Translations under genes and position numbers: made by a program | Notes under the pieces: generated by a model | What the model saw: only the letters and a program-made list of their open reading frames with translations | What the model was told of the DNA's origin: nothing | The model's database searches: none | Assembly (NCBI GenBank): GCA_038844785.1 | Contig: JAWBRA010000003.1 | Location: forward strand, 1 to 64,000 | DNA length: 64,000 nt | Origin: Candidatus Caldarchaeum sp. | GTDB taxonomy: Archaea > Thermoproteota > Nitrososphaeria_A > Caldarchaeales > Caldarchaeaceae | Direction: 5' to 3' | Shown: positions 1 through 10,372 of the stretch, piece after piece | How positions within the stretch are numbered: position 1 is the first letter of the stretch | How the letters are laid out: every line of letters starts with the position of its first letter

Positions 1-126
1 TCTACAACAACATAAACTCAAAGACAGTAAAGAGTGTTGAGGAGATAGCAGCAGCAATAGCCCTAACACACAACACACTCATAAAAACCAAGACAGAAGG
101 AGGCGTATTACTTGGTTGACAGTACC
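1..126 (+). mobile_element. 3' end of an IS6-family insertion sequence (transposase C-terminus plus terminal inverted repeat), truncated by the window edge
   Basis: Frame 3..119 reads YNNINSKTVKSVEEIAAAIALTHNTL...LLG*, resembling archaeal IS6 transposase C-termini. The stop lies in CTTGGTTGACAGTACC (rc GGTACTGTCAACCAAG), which is similar to the TIR at 1568. Confidence 0.7.
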
Positions 127-295
127 GCCTTCATAGACGCCAAGGATTATAGGCTGGTAGTTCTCTCCTTTTGGAAATTAAACACTAACCGATTGTGACA
201 ATGCTGTTAATGTCTAAGCTATCCAGTGAAGAGCAGTTAAAAACAGCCAAAGGCCGTAAGCCGTATCCTTTGTACTACAGATTCGACGGTAGGGT

Positions 296-1144
296 TTAGC
301 CACCAGGTAGCTCCAGCTGTTTTTCAAGTTTCTGCTTCATTGAAAGATATTCGCTCTGCTTCAACTCTCCAATCTTGTACCTGAGCTCGAGCTTGGTGAG
401 CTCCTTCTTTATCTTATGGTGTTGTTCCATGAGCACGTCGAGCACTTGGAGGGCTGCCTTTACGTCTTCCTCAATTTGGCTTATTATTGTTTCTTTAAGG
501 CCTAGCTCCTTGCCGCTTGTCTTGATTTTGTTGAGCCTTTCCTCCAGCTGTGTTTTGAACGCTGGCAGGTCAGCAAGTCTTATGTTGAACGGGTTTCTAA
601 GATACATCAGCTTGGGCCGAAGCCGCCCCATCTCCCTCTCTATCTCTAGCTTCTGTGTTATATACTGTCTATCCGGTATTTCCCCCACCTCATGCTTCAC
701 CCTCAGCTTATCCAAGTTTGCGCTCAAGGAGCTTAATCTTTCATCGACTTTCTTGATCTCGGCCTCACGTCTCTCGTTGAGAGTGCGCAGCCTTGACCTA
801 TATTCGGTGAAGAGCTCTTCGAAAACTTCCGGGTCGGCCTCACGTTCGAGGAAAAGGTCGATCAAACGGAAATACCATGAATATACAGAGGAAGTCTGGT
901 CGACCAACCTTTTTTCCTCAACTACAGCCTCTTCAACCGCGGCTGGCGCCGGTGCCGCAGCAGCCTCCACCGTTTCTGGAGCTATCTCGGCCGGGGGCTG
1001 TTCGATTGGTGTTGGAGGAGTCTCTTCAGTAACAGGCTTTGGCATCTCAGCCGGCTTCTCCAACGTGTATCCGCAGTATATACAAAATTTCCCCTTGATG
1101 GTCAGCCTGTGACAGTTCGGGCATTCGACTCTTGTTGACGCCAA
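296..1144 (-). CDS. Zinc-ribbon protein with Pro/Ala/Glu linker and repeated CdvA-like/SHOCT-like coiled coils
   Basis: N-terminal CPNC...CIYCG; low-complexity linker; repeated LxxLxxxxxxGEI/LxxxxY motif (LDKLRVKHEVGEIPDRQY, LTKLELRYKIGELKQSEY). Confidence 0.6.
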   Translation of the reverse strand: MASTRVECPNCHRLTIKGKFCIYCGYTLEKPAEMPKPVTEETPPTPIEQPPAEIAPETVEAAAAPAPAAVEEAVVEEKRLVDQTSSVYSWYFRLIDLFLEREADPEVFEELFTEYRSRLRTLNERREAEIKKVDERLSSLSANLDKLRVKHEVGEIPDRQYITQKLEIEREMGRLRPKLMYLRNPFNIRLADLPAFKTQLEERLNKIKTSGKELGLKETIISQIEEDVKAALQVLDVLMEQHHKIKKELTKLELRYKIGELKQSEYLSMKQKLEKQLELPGG

Positions 1145-1327
1145 TTCGGAAAACTACCCTCCATCAGCCTAATAAAACTTACCTAAGGGGTTTTGACACG
1201 TGTTTGGGGTTTTATACGGCGGTGCATCGCCGAGTATTCGGATTTATGGTCTTTCGGGATTTCGTAGACGTTATAGGAGCTAAATACGCTTGAAAAGGTT
1301 TTAAGCCGCCAGAATTAAGTTTGCACG

Positions 1328-1567
1328 ATGTCGGAAAAGGAGACAAACCTTCCATCGGCCCCAATACACCGGCTGATGAAGAAGGCCGGCGCTAGCAGGG
1401 TCAGCGAGGACGCGGCCGAGGAGCTAAGAAGAGTTTTGGAAAACGTTGGAACAATCATAGCCAAAGAAGCCTTCGAGCTCGCCCAGTACGCGGGGAGGAG
1501 AACGGTCAAGAGAGAGGACGTTGAAAGGGCTGCAAAGACAGTTTTGAGAAACGTCCTAATTAGCTAG
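1328..1567 (+). CDS. Archaeal histone (HMf family)
   Basis: LPSAPIHRLMKKAGASRVSEDA and AGRRTVKREDV histone-fold motifs; BRE/TATA-like GAAAAGGTTTTAAG at about 1292-1305. Confidence 0.95.
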   Translation: MSEKETNLPSAPIHRLMKKAGASRVSEDAAEELRRVLENVGTIIAKEAFELAQYAGRRTVKREDVERAAKTVLRNVLIS

Positions 1568-2169
1568 GGGACTGTCAACTTAAGGTCATCCATGCCCTTA
1601 TCCACTTCTCCGATACCTTCGGCCTGTATGTTGGGAGGTATGTGTTGAACTGTTTTATTCTTCTCTTGAGCTTGCTGAACCAAGACTCTATAGCGTTCCT
1701 CCTGCCGAACGTCTCCACCCTCCTCCTAAAGCCCAGAACCTTCATAGGCCATCCATACCATGGAGCCCTATCCGTGTAGACTGTAGGGTTATTAGCCCAC
1801 CTATCCCTAACCACCTCAAGGAACCTTATACACTCGGCTATTCCAGCCCATACATAGGCCCTCCTGACGAGATTACGGATTACTGTCTCATCTACGGCTA
1901 TCTACAAGTGAGAAGGCCTCACCAGCCCTATGGAACCAATCCCTAACAGACTCATGGCTTACCTAGAATCCTAGTCCTCCCAGCATCCCAGCCACCCCCC
2001 TGAGGCTAAGCCCCTCCACATACAGCCTAACGCCGAGAGCCCTCACCCACGGAGACGTCCTGAGACGGAAAAAGACACTTCTACCATAAGACGGCCTAGG
2101 CCAACCCCAACCCTATCCACCCCCAACGAATGGGAAGACCCAGGCCATAGACCTTAAGTTGACAGTCCC
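1568..2169 (-). mobile_element. IS6-family element, 602 bp, with degraded transposase
   Basis: Perfect 20-bp TIRs GGGACTGTCAACTTAAGGTC (1568-1587; rc at 2150-2169) flanked by TAGCTAG duplication (1561-1567, 2170-2176). DDE fragment 1575-1814 (VYTDRAPWY...RNAIESWFSKLKRR); the upstream HTH part is interrupted by stops. Confidence 0.9.
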
Positions 2170-2231
2170 TAGCTAGAGGATTTAGATTTATATTCACCCC
2201 ATCCAAGGCTACGTCCAGAGGTTGATGTAGC

Positions 2232-3860
2232 ATGTCTTTGACACCAGGTCAGCCAGTAATAATTTTGAAGGAGGGCACCACGAGGACGCAGGGAAGGTCT
2301 GCACAGAGAAACAACATTGCAGCCGCGAAAATAATCGCTGAAATAGTAAGGACAACCCTTGGCCCGAAAGGGATGGATAAGCTACTCGTAGACAACATCG
2401 GCGATGTCATCGTCACAAACGACGGTGCTACGATACTGGAGAAAATAGACGTCGAACACCCGGCCGCTAAGATGATAATCGAGGTCGCCAAGTCTCAGGA
2501 CCATGTTGTAGGCGACGGGACAACGACAGCTGTCGTCCTGGCAGGTGAGCTTCTGAGAAAGGCTGAGGAGCTCATCGAGCAGAAAATCCACGCAAGCACC
2601 ATCATCTCAGGATACAAGAAAGGGCTAGACATGGCGCTGGATGTGCTGAACCAAAACGCAATTAAAATCGACCTCAACGACCGCCAGACGCTCCGTAAAG
2701 TTATCACCACGGCGTTGGGAAGCAAGTCCCTTGGCTTCGCTCTCGACAAGCTTGTGGACATTGCCATAGACGCCGTTCTGAGCGTTGTTAAGGAGGTTGA
2801 CGGCAAGCTCAAGGCCGACAAAGACGACATCCAGATCGTTAAGAAGATCGGAAAAAGCCTTGGAGAGACCGAGCTGGTCAGAGGTGTTATCGTCGATAAA
2901 GAGGTTGTGCACGCAGCAATGCCCAAACGTGTCGAGAACGCTAAGATAGCTCTTATAGACAGCCCGTTCGAGATCGAGAAAACAGAGTTCAGCGCGGAGA
3001 TAAGGATTAGAGACCCGTTGAAGATTAAGGAGTTCCTCGACGAGGAAACAAACATTCTCAAGGGCATGGTGGACAAGGTGAAGGCTGTCGGCGCGAACGT
3101 TGTGTTTTGCCAGAAAGGAATCGATGACGCGGCACAGTTCTTCCTCGCGAAGGAAGGCATACTGGCTGTGAGAAGGGTCAAGAAGAGCGACATGGAGAAG
3201 CTCGCCAAAGCAACGGGGGGAAGGATAGTTACGAACTTTGAAGACCTTTCGCCGAAGGACCTTGGCAAGGCAGGGCTTGTCGAGGAGAGGAAGATCGGAG
3301 AAGACAGGATGGTGTTTGTTGAAAAGTGCGAAAACCCGAAATCAGTGGCCATCCTCCTCCGAGCTGGGCTGGAGAGACAGCTGGACGAGGCTGAGAGAGC
3401 TTTGAACGATGCGATTATGAATATGATCGACTTGGTTGACGACGCAAGGGTGGTTCCGGGCGGAGGGGCCATAGAAGAGGAGCTCGCCAGGCAGCTGAGG
3501 GCCAATGCTGGAAAGCTCTCCGGCAAGGAGCAGCTTGCCTTCACCGCCTTCGCCGAGGCATTGGAAGTTATTCCCAAGACGCTGGCTGAAAACGCTGGGC
3601 TTGAGCCTGTGGAGATAATGGCTCAACTACGTCATGCCCACGACAACGGCGGGAGAACCGTGGGAGTCAACATATTCGGCGGCGGAGTTGCAGACATGCT
3701 CAAGAACGGCGTGCTGGAGCCGACGAAGGTAAAGATTCACGCCCTCAGGTCGAGCTTCGAAGCAGCCTCCATGATACTGAGAATAGATGATGTCGTAGCG
3801 GCTTCCAAGAAGAAGGAAGAGAAGAAGAAAGAGAAGGAAGAGGAGACACCTGAATTTTAA
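2232..3860 (+). CDS. ths: Thermosome (group II chaperonin) subunit
   Basis: [24 protein letters not shown] and VVPGGGA motifs; 542 aa. Confidence 0.97.
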   Translation: MSLTPGQPVIILKEGTTRTQGRSAQRNNIAAAKIIAEIVRTTLGPKGMDKLLVDNIGDVIVTNDGATILEKIDVEHPAAKMIIEVAKSQDHVVGDGTTTAVVLAGELLRKAEELIEQKIHASTIISGYKKGLDMALDVLNQNAIKIDLNDRQTLRKVITTALGSKSLGFALDKLVDIAIDAVLSVVKEVDGKLKADKDDIQIVKKIGKSLGETELVRGVIVDKEVVHAAMPKRVENAKIALIDSPFEIEKTEFSAEIRIRDPLKIKEFLDEETNILKGMVDKVKAVGANVVFCQKGIDDAAQFFLAKEGILAVRRVKKSDMEKLAKATGGRIVTNFEDLSPKDLGKAGLVEERKIGEDRMVFVEKCENPKSVAILLRAGLERQLDEAERALNDAIMNMIDLVDDARVVPGGGAIEEELARQLRANAGKLSGKEQLAFTAFAEALEVIPKTLAENAGLEPVEIMAQLRHAHDNGGRTVGVNIFGGGVADMLKNGVLEPTKVKIHALRSSFEAASMILRIDDVVAASKKKEEKKKEKEEETPEF

Positions 3861-3863
3861 ACC

Positions 3864-3901
3864 TCTTTCGGTTTTTCAAAAAACTTTTTCAAACATTTTT
3901 T
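3864..3901 (+). terminator. Oligo-T archaeal terminator region after ths
   Basis: Several T runs (CTCTTTCGGTTTTTC...CTTTTTC...ATTTTTT) directly after the stop codon. Confidence 0.5.
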
Positions 3902-3927
3902 AAGAGCCTGAAGACGTTCCCTCAGGC

Positions 3928-4302
3928 ATGAGAATGGCTGCTGTTTTAGGAACGCTGTTGGGCGTCGGTGTTTTTGCCCAGATTTTGCTGGGCGAAACCG
4001 GGTTTGCCGCAGGCTCTTTAAGAGATGTGCACGCCATCATCGGGCTGCTGGGCTTGGCTGTCGTGATCGCCTATGCTGTCACAGCACGGGGAAGCTTGGC
4101 CAGGCTTGCTGCTGCGTCGTTTGTTGCGTTGATAACTTTTGCTCAGGTTGTTTTGGGCCTGTCGCTCTACGGCCTGCTCTCCATTGGAATGGGACATGAA
4201 GCGCTAAAGCTCAGTCACAGGGCTACAGCATATGTCCTCTTTCTTTCAGGCCTTGCCGTCACCGTTTTTTCCATGCTTTCTCGAAGACGGGCGAAAACCT
4301 GA
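3928..4302 (+). CDS. Small four-helix membrane protein, hypothetical
   Basis: Four hydrophobic segments, two His residues at helix starts (DVHAIIG, LSHRATA), basic C-terminus. Confidence 0.7.
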   Translation: MRMAAVLGTLLGVGVFAQILLGETGFAAGSLRDVHAIIGLLGLAVVIAYAVTARGSLARLAAASFVALITFAQVVLGLSLYGLLSIGMGHEALKLSHRATAYVLFLSGLAVTVFSMLSRRRAKT

Positions 4303-4339
4303 AAATCTCGTTTAAATTTAAGCAAGGCATTGTTATTCC

Positions 4340-5545
4340 ATGGTTTTTCCGTTCTCCTCCGTTTTCGATTTTTCGGTTGAGGTTAAAGAAGAGTACGAAC
4401 TCTTCAGGAAGTCTGTCCGCGAGTTTGCTGAAAGGGAGCTGGAGAAATATGTGGCGGAGATTGAGAAGACAAACAAAATTCCCGAGTTCCTTCTGAGAAA
4501 AGCGGCTGAACAGGGTTATTTCGGGCTCGGCATCCCTGAAGAGTATGGGGGGCAGGGGACGGACATTATGTTCAACACACTTTACGTCGAGGAGATATCC
4601 CGTGTCTGCCCAGCCTTTACCGTGGCCACCTTGGTTCACGGGCTTTTCACATACCCCGTGTTGGTTTTCGGGACGGAGGAGCAGCGGCGAAAGTATCTAC
4701 CGCCGTTGGCTCGGGGTGAGAAACACGCATGCCACGCCACCACGGAGCCTGGGGCAGGCACCGACGTCGCCGGCATCGAAACAACAGCCAAGAGAAAGGA
4801 TGGCGGCTGGGTCATAAACGGAAGAAAATACTTCATCTCCGGCGCCGACAAAGCCGACTATTTCATAGTGTTGGCGAGAACATCTCCTCCCCCAAGCCGG
4901 AAGGAGAGAAACAAGGGGCTAACTTTTTTCATCGTAGAAAGGGGGACGGAGGGGCTTAGGGTTGGCGAGAAGATAGAGGTTTTAGGCATCCGAGGGAGCC
5001 ATCCGTCGGAGGTAATTCTGGACAACGTTTACGTTCCGGAGGAGAACATGGTTGGCGAGGAGGGGCAGGGCTTTAAAATCGCCATGGAGACATACGACCA
5101 TGGAAGGATTGGAGTGGCCGCCCAAGCCGTCGGAGTAGCCCAAGCATGCTTTGAGAAAAGCCTCCAATACTCGTTGCAGAGAAAAGCCTTCGAAAGGCCT
5201 TTGATATATTTTCAGGCTGTCCAGTTCCATATCAGCGAGATGCTCACAGCTCTGGAAGCCGCTAGGCTGATGCTGTACTGGGCTTCTACGATGGCTTCGA
5301 AGAACAAGCAGGGAGCTGTCATGGCTGCTTCTATGGCCAAGCTTTTCGCCACAGAGGTTGCTGAAATGGCTGCTCTGAAAGCTGTCACAGTGCATGGAGG
5401 AATCGGCGTAGCTTTAGACGGAATGGTTGAGAGATTTCTACGAGATTCACAGATATTCAAGATATACGAAGGCGTCAACGACATCCAGAAGCTTGTCATC
5501 CTTCGTCAGATGCTAAAAACCACTTTCGGGATGGACGTAGACTGA
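4340..5545 (+). CDS. Acyl-CoA dehydrogenase
   Basis: TTEPGAGTD, INGRKYFISG, GRIGVAAQAVG and IYEGVNDIQ motifs. Confidence 0.95.
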   Translation: MVFPFSSVFDFSVEVKEEYELFRKSVREFAERELEKYVAEIEKTNKIPEFLLRKAAEQGYFGLGIPEEYGGQGTDIMFNTLYVEEISRVCPAFTVATLVHGLFTYPVLVFGTEEQRRKYLPPLARGEKHACHATTEPGAGTDVAGIETTAKRKDGGWVINGRKYFISGADKADYFIVLARTSPPPSRKERNKGLTFFIVERGTEGLRVGEKIEVLGIRGSHPSEVILDNVYVPEENMVGEEGQGFKIAMETYDHGRIGVAAQAVGVAQACFEKSLQYSLQRKAFERPLIYFQAVQFHISEMLTALEAARLMLYWASTMASKNKQGAVMAASMAKLFATEVAEMAALKAVTVHGGIGVALDGMVERFLRDSQIFKIYEGVNDIQKLVILRQMLKTTFGMDVD

Positions 5546-5607
5546 TTAGAGATAATTCAACTCCACAACCTTTTTTAGTAAAGTTCTAGCCACATTTTGA
5601 TGGGGAC

Positions 5608-6168
5608 ATGGCCTCTTTCGTCAGGCTGGCAGCTGGGGCGTTAGTAAGCCTCGCCATAATACTGCTGCTATCTACCGTTGAGCTTTCCTTCCCCCAACCC
5701 CTTCAGGCTGTGGTTATCTCGTTGGTCTTGACGGCGGTGGCTTCAGGTTTTGTAGCAGGCTCGGCAACCACGGCCGCCGCCGGAACTTTCATCGGCGGCT
5801 TTGCAGCACTTGTTCTCGCGATACTCTGGAACGTAACGCTCTGGTCGCCTTCTCCTGTTCCATCCGACATGCCCATCATTAGAACACTCCTACTGGGTGG
5901 AGCAGCTGTCCTAGCGGCGGGTGTCGGCTTTGTCAGGGGAAGCATACTCCGCAAAACCCCCGTCCCCACTGAACCGCGGAAAGAACAGTCTCAAGCCGTG
6001 CAACCTCAGGCTTCAAGCCCGGCCACGTCCCCACTTATCCCCGAATCCAAGCCTACCCCCGTTGTGTTGGAGGTTGAGAATAGAATATGCAAGTTCTGCA
6101 GCAGCGTTATACCTGCTGAGTCTGTGTACTGCCCCATGTGTGGGGCTAAGCTGGTTGAGGAAGAGTGA
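5608..6168 (+). CDS. Membrane protein with C-terminal zinc ribbon
   Basis: Four TM segments, Pro-rich linker, CKFC...CPMCG. Confidence 0.75.
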   Translation: MASFVRLAAGALVSLAIILLLSTVELSFPQPLQAVVISLVLTAVASGFVAGSATTAAAGTFIGGFAALVLAILWNVTLWSPSPVPSDMPIIRTLLLGGAAVLAAGVGFVRGSILRKTPVPTEPRKEQSQAVQPQASSPATSPLIPESKPTPVVLEVENRICKFCSSVIPAESVYCPMCGAKLVEEE

Positions 6169-9026
6169 ATTGGATGTTCTCAGAAGAGACGCTTTCCGTC
6201 CTAAACCTGCTGGTTAAGCCTTTAAAAGATGCGGTGGTGGAGAAGTTTGGAGAGCTGACTCAGCCGCAGCTGAAAAGCATTCCTAGAATACTGGCGGGAG
6301 AAAACCTTCTGCTGATGGCTCCCACCGGCACGGGGAAGACGGAAGCGGCTTTGATACCTTTGCTGAACAAAATTATTTCACAGCCTAGCTTTGAAGGGGT
6401 TAAGATTCTTTACATCACCCCTTTGAGGGCGTTAAACCGCGATCTGCTCGAAAGGATAGAATGGTGGGCTGGAAGGTTTGACATGACCGTAGCTGTTAGA
6501 CACGGTGATACTGCTCAGAGGGAGCGTAGAACGCAGACACTCATCCCGCCGACCATCTTGATAACAACGCCTGAGACGCTTCAAATACTTTTGACTGCTA
6601 GGTTGTTCCGCCAGCATCTCCGCAGGGTTGATGCTGTTGTAGTGGATGAGGTCCATGAGCTTGCTGGAGATAAGCGTGGCAGCCAGCTCTCCGTGGCTTT
6701 GGAAAGGCTGGCAGAGATTACAGGAAGAGATTTCCAGCGGATTGGCTTGTCGGCTACGGTTGGAAGCCCTGAGAAAGTGGCAGCCTTTCTCGCAGGTGTT
6801 GGAAGAAGCTGTAGCGTGGTAAGAGTACCCGTGGTAAGAAACCTGCATGTCGCCGTCAAATATCCAGAGCCAGGCCCGGAAGACTTCGACCTCGCCGAAA
6901 AACTATCAATATACCCAGACGTGGCGGCTAGGATGAACTTGATAAAGTCTCTCGTAGAATCACATGAATCAACTCTTGTCTTCACGAACACAAGACCCCT
7001 TGCCGAGATTCTCACCAACAGGTTTAGGGCTTGGGATGAAGCAGCTCCGATAGGGATTCATCACGGAAGCCTTTCGAAAGCAACACGCGTTGGGGCTGAG
7101 CAGGCGCTGAAGATGGGAGGGCTTGCGGGAGTTGTATGCACTTCGTCGCTCGAAATGGGTATAGACGTGGGAAGAATAGAGCTTTGCATACAGTACAACT
7201 CTCCAAGAGAGGTAACCAGGCTCGTGCAGAGAGTGGGCCGCAGCGGCCACTCAATCCACGGCACAGCTAAGGGGGTCATAATCGTCACCGATTCCGACGA
7301 TGCTTTGGAAAGCGTCGTCATAGCCAGACGTGCTTTGAAAGACCTCATAGAAGATGTCGAAATCTTCGAAAACAGTTATGACGTTCTCGCACACCAGCTG
7401 GCTGGGCTTGTAATCGAGAAGAAAGAGATAGGGTTGGATAAGGCGTTAAACATCTTTAGACGATCTTATTGTTTTAGAAAGCTCACGATGGAGGAACTTC
7501 TGAAAGCCGCACAGCATCTGGAGAAGCTTGGAGCCGTGATGAGAACCAGCGACAACGTCGTGACACAGGGGCCGAAAACATCCATCCTCTACGACTATTA
7601 CTTCAACAACCTCTCGATGATACCTGAGGAGAAACAGTATCTAGTGGTTCTTGAATCGACGGGCGAGCCTATAGGCATACTTGACGAAGAGTTTGTGGCT
7701 GAGCATGGAGAGCCGGGGACTCGTTTTATCTTGATGGGGAGGGCTTGGGAGATAATTCAAACAGCCGGCGAAAGAATTTATGTTTCCGCTTTGGATAGTC
7801 TCGAAGGCTCAGTCCCCTCTTGGGTAGGCGACGAGATACCCGTTCCCTTCGAAATAGCTGAGGAAGTGGGAAAAATACGTAGGCTGTATGCCGAAGCCGT
7901 TGCCAGAGGAAGTTCAGACGATGTTTTACAATCCTTGGCGGAACATTACATGACCGACAGGTCTTTGCTGGAAAAATCCCTACGGGAGGTCAAGATTCAT
8001 ATCGATAAAGGTCTCCCCGTGCCCTCGGATAAGACTGTCGTTTTAGAGGAGACGCCTGAGTACATCGTTTTACACATATGCGGCGGGCTGAAGCCGAACA
8101 GGACCATAGCCCGTGTGCTGGCTTACGTTCTCTCGTCAAAGATAGGTGCTGTAGTGACTGTGCAGCAAGACCCTTATCGGATAGTTTTCAAAGGTCGTGA
8201 GCTCAGCCTCGAGCTTGTGGCAGAAGAGCTTAGGAACCTAGCTCGAGATAATCAATGGCTGAAGCTTGTGGAGAAGGCTGTAGAGTCTTCGAGCCTGTTT
8301 AGGAGAAGGCTTGTCCACGTGGCGCGTAAAATGGGCGTTTTGAGCAAGGAGGCTAGCATACTGGACGTAAGCGCGACAAAACTAGCTGAAATGCTGCGTG
8401 ACACCGTTGTCTACGAAGAGGCTTTAAAACACTGTCTAGCCGCCGATTTCGACCATGAAACGTCTTTCAAGCTGATTAACAAGATTTCAACAGGCGAGAC
8501 CTCTCTCATCCCGGTAAGGGTTGAGGAACTTTCTCCGCTGGCCAGGTTGACGGTCAGCAGGTACGCCAGCGACGTAGACGTGATTGTTTCTGAAAGGTTG
8601 CAGAGGCTTGTGGTCAACGCTGTAAGGGGGAGGCTTAACAACGAGCTTGTAACCCTAGTGTGCACATCATGCTGGCAGTGGTATGCACGGGTTGCTGTGA
8701 AAGAGCTGGATACGAAGCCTGTCTGCGGTGCTTGCGGGTCTTCTTCGCTCGGGGTTTTGAAGCCCGAGCCTGAAGAGGTACTGAACCTGCTAGCACGCCG
8801 TGGGAAACCGTCGAACAGTAAAGAGCGGCAGCTTAGAAAACAGGCTCTGAAGACCGCCCCCCTAGTAGCGAAGTATGGGAAGGCCGCTGTATTCACATTG
8901 GCGAGCCATTATCTCGACGTGGAGGACGCTGCCAAGATCCTTGAGAATGAGTCAAGCCTGGGAGTGAGGCTTGTAGAGCTTATCGTGGAGGCTGAGAAAA
9001 AGAGGCTTCAGGAGCTGTTTAAGTAG
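6165..9026 (+). CDS. lhr: Lhr-family ATP-dependent helicase with C-terminal Zn finger
   Basis: APTGTGKT, TPLRALNRD, DEVH, LSAT, HHGSLS and QRVGRSGH motifs; C-terminal CTSC...CGAC. Confidence 0.93.
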   Translation: MNWMFSEETLSVLNLLVKPLKDAVVEKFGELTQPQLKSIPRILAGENLLLMAPTGTGKTEAALIPLLNKIISQPSFEGVKILYITPLRALNRDLLERIEWWAGRFDMTVAVRHGDTAQRERRTQTLIPPTILITTPETLQILLTARLFRQHLRRVDAVVVDEVHELAGDKRGSQLSVALERLAEITGRDFQRIGLSATVGSPEKVAAFLAGVGRSCSVVRVPVVRNLHVAVKYPEPGPEDFDLAEKLSIYPDVAARMNLIKSLVESHESTLVFTNTRPLAEILTNRFRAWDEAAPIGIHHGSLSKATRVGAEQALKMGGLAGVVCTSSLEMGIDVGRIELCIQYNSPREVTRLVQRVGRSGHSIHGTAKGVIIVTDSDDALESVVIARRALKDLIEDVEIFENSYDVLAHQLAGLVIEKKEIGLDKALNIFRRSYCFRKLTMEELLKAAQHLEKLGAVMRTSDNVVTQGPKTSILYDYYFNNLSMIPEEKQYLVVLESTGEPIGILDEEFVAEHGEPGTRFILMGRAWEIIQTAGERIYVSALDSLEGSVPSWVGDEIPVPFEIAEEVGKIRRLYAEAVARGSSDDVLQSLAEHYMTDRSLLEKSLREVKIHIDKGLPVPSDKTVVLEETPEYIVLHICGGLKPNRTIARVLAYVLSSKIGAVVTVQQDPYRIVFKGRELSLELVAEELRNLARDNQWLKLVEKAVESSSLFRRRLVHVARKMGVLSKEASILDVSATKLAEMLRDTVVYEEALKHCLAADFDHETSFKLINKISTGETSLIPVRVEELSPLARLTVSRYASDVDVIVSERLQRLVVNAVRGRLNNELVTLVCTSCWQWYARVAVKELDTKPVCGACGSSSLGVLKPEPEEVLNLLARRGKPSNSKERQLRKQALKTAPLVAKYGKAAVFTLASHYLDVEDAAKILENESSLGVRLVELIVEAEKKRLQELFK

Positions 9027-9624
9027 TTTTCTCCTGCTCGCTTTCGGCAACGCTTGAAAGGTTTGAGACAGCCTTTATCAACTCTTTCTGGTCGACCTCT
9101 GCAACAGCCCTCCATCCAACGGAGAGAACTCCGTCGCCCGCGTCGACCAAGTATCCTCTTCGGCTAAACCTTTCCAAAGCCGCTTCAACACGCCATCTAG
9201 GAAGCTTAGACTCAAGCATTTCAAGCAATTCTTGCTTGGGTGCTTTCCCACCTCTTGAGTACAGCAAAGCCAGCGCCGCCGAAAGAACGGCCAGGTCATC
9301 TATCCTCCAACCGGCAGCCACAATGTCGGAGAGGCTCAAAGGATCCGTCAAAGTTATGAAATACCTGGCTCTGTCGTAGTCGTCTTCGACCGGTTGTCTG
9401 TCCCCCGGTGTTTCAAAAAGGATTTTCACACGCAAGCCTAAGGGTTCAAGCCTGTGGTTCAGGCTCTCTATGACTTTGAGATAGTTTTTCCCCAGCCTTC
9501 TTCTAAGCTCGTAACCCCTAACGCCGGGGAGCCTGTGGCTGGTGAAAAGCAGCATAGCCATGGCCGTTGAGAGCTTTTTTCTCGCTGCAGACTGTTCAGG
9601 GGATGGTTCAGACAAGCACAGCAC
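9019..9624 (-). CDS. KITE-like (ScpB/Nse1/Nse3-like) tandem winged-helix protein
   Basis: 201 aa with two helical/WH-like halves; the second ends in a WH wing (LERFSRRGYLVDAGDGVLSVGWRAVAEV). Third gene of the SMC operon. Fold is inferred. Confidence 0.6.
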   Translation of the reverse strand: MLCLSEPSPEQSAARKKLSTAMAMLLFTSHRLPGVRGYELRRRLGKNYLKVIESLNHRLEPLGLRVKILFETPGDRQPVEDDYDRARYFITLTDPLSLSDIVAAGWRIDDLAVLSAALALLYSRGGKAPKQELLEMLESKLPRWRVEAALERFSRRGYLVDAGDGVLSVGWRAVAEVDQKELIKAVSNLSSVAESEQEKTT

Positions 9625-10372
9625 CCTCCTTCAAAACAATAACCATGGAGGCGACGTTTCTCCTCTCAGCCTTAGACTCAAAGGGTTTAAGCGTCACCTT
9701 TCCGGTGATAGGGTTTCTCACAACTTCAGCCAAGCCTTCGCTGACTATGAAAGCTGTCAGATAAGCCCTTTCAACCGTTTTCTCCACCCCTTCCCTGGAT
9801 ATGAAGGAAGCATAGTCGACTTCACCGTTCTCGTCTCTTGAAGCAAGCATTTCACTATGCAGCTTCTTCAGCTCAAGCTCTATCTCCTCTCTCTGGCTGA
9901 ACGTGTTCAAAGCCTGGCGGAAATCAACTTCAGGGCCTATCTCTGTGGTTGCGGAAGACTTTAGATTGCGGGTCGGCAGGCTTAGAAAATATTCCAACCC
10001 CATCGCCACCATGCCGCGAGTAAGCTGCTCAGCGGACACGATGGGTCTCCAGCTTGATACAAGAGCTTGGGCCAGCGATTTTTTATCAGCTGACAAAATC
10101 TTCAACACTATCAACTGCGTGTCAACAAGCAGGGAAGAAGCTCTGTCTTTAAGCCATTTATGTTGCAGGGCAATGACTAAGGCAACCCTGTAGAGCGTTT
10201 CCGCGTCCAACGTCAGAATCTCTGTATCGCTGGTCCTCTCCACGATCGACCTCAGCTTGGCCAAAATAGCCTTCACATCAACGCTGTAGGGGTCGGCTCC
10301 GGTCTTTGCTATCGTCTCGCAGAGTGAAATCAGCCTTTCCAGCTCATCCTTAGCCAGCTTGACGCTCGTCAC
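9608..10372 (-). CDS. Kleisin-like (ScpA/Nse4-like) protein
   Basis: DPYSVDVKAIL resembles the ScpA DPWDIDI motif, followed by a helix (LDAETLYRVALVIALQ); C-terminal WH-like segment (VERAYLTAFIVSEGLAEV); overlaps the SMC gene. Confidence 0.65.
   Translation of the reverse strand: MTSVKLAKDELERLISLCETIAKTGADPYSVDVKAILAKLRSIVERTSDTEILTLDAETLYRVALVIALQHKWLKDRASSLLVDTQLIVLKILSADKKSLAQALVSSWRPIVSAEQLTRGMVAMGLEYFLSLPTRNLKSSATTEIGPEVDFRQALNTFSQREEIELELKKLHSEMLASRDENGEVDYASFISREGVEKTVERAYLTAFIVSEGLAEVVRNPITGKVTLKPFESKAERRNVASMVIVLKEGAVLV

Noticed and set aside
1217-1232. Near-palindrome CGGCGGTGCATCGCCG between the zinc-ribbon gene and the histone
   Set aside because: Single imperfect GC-rich copy; no second instance was noticed to support an operator.
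2495-3577. Long antisense ORFs (also 375-1112, 10975-11475, 18225-18929, 39186-39953 and many others)
   Set aside because: They are Ser/Phe/Leu-rich shadows of well-supported genes on the opposite strand, with no motifs of their own.
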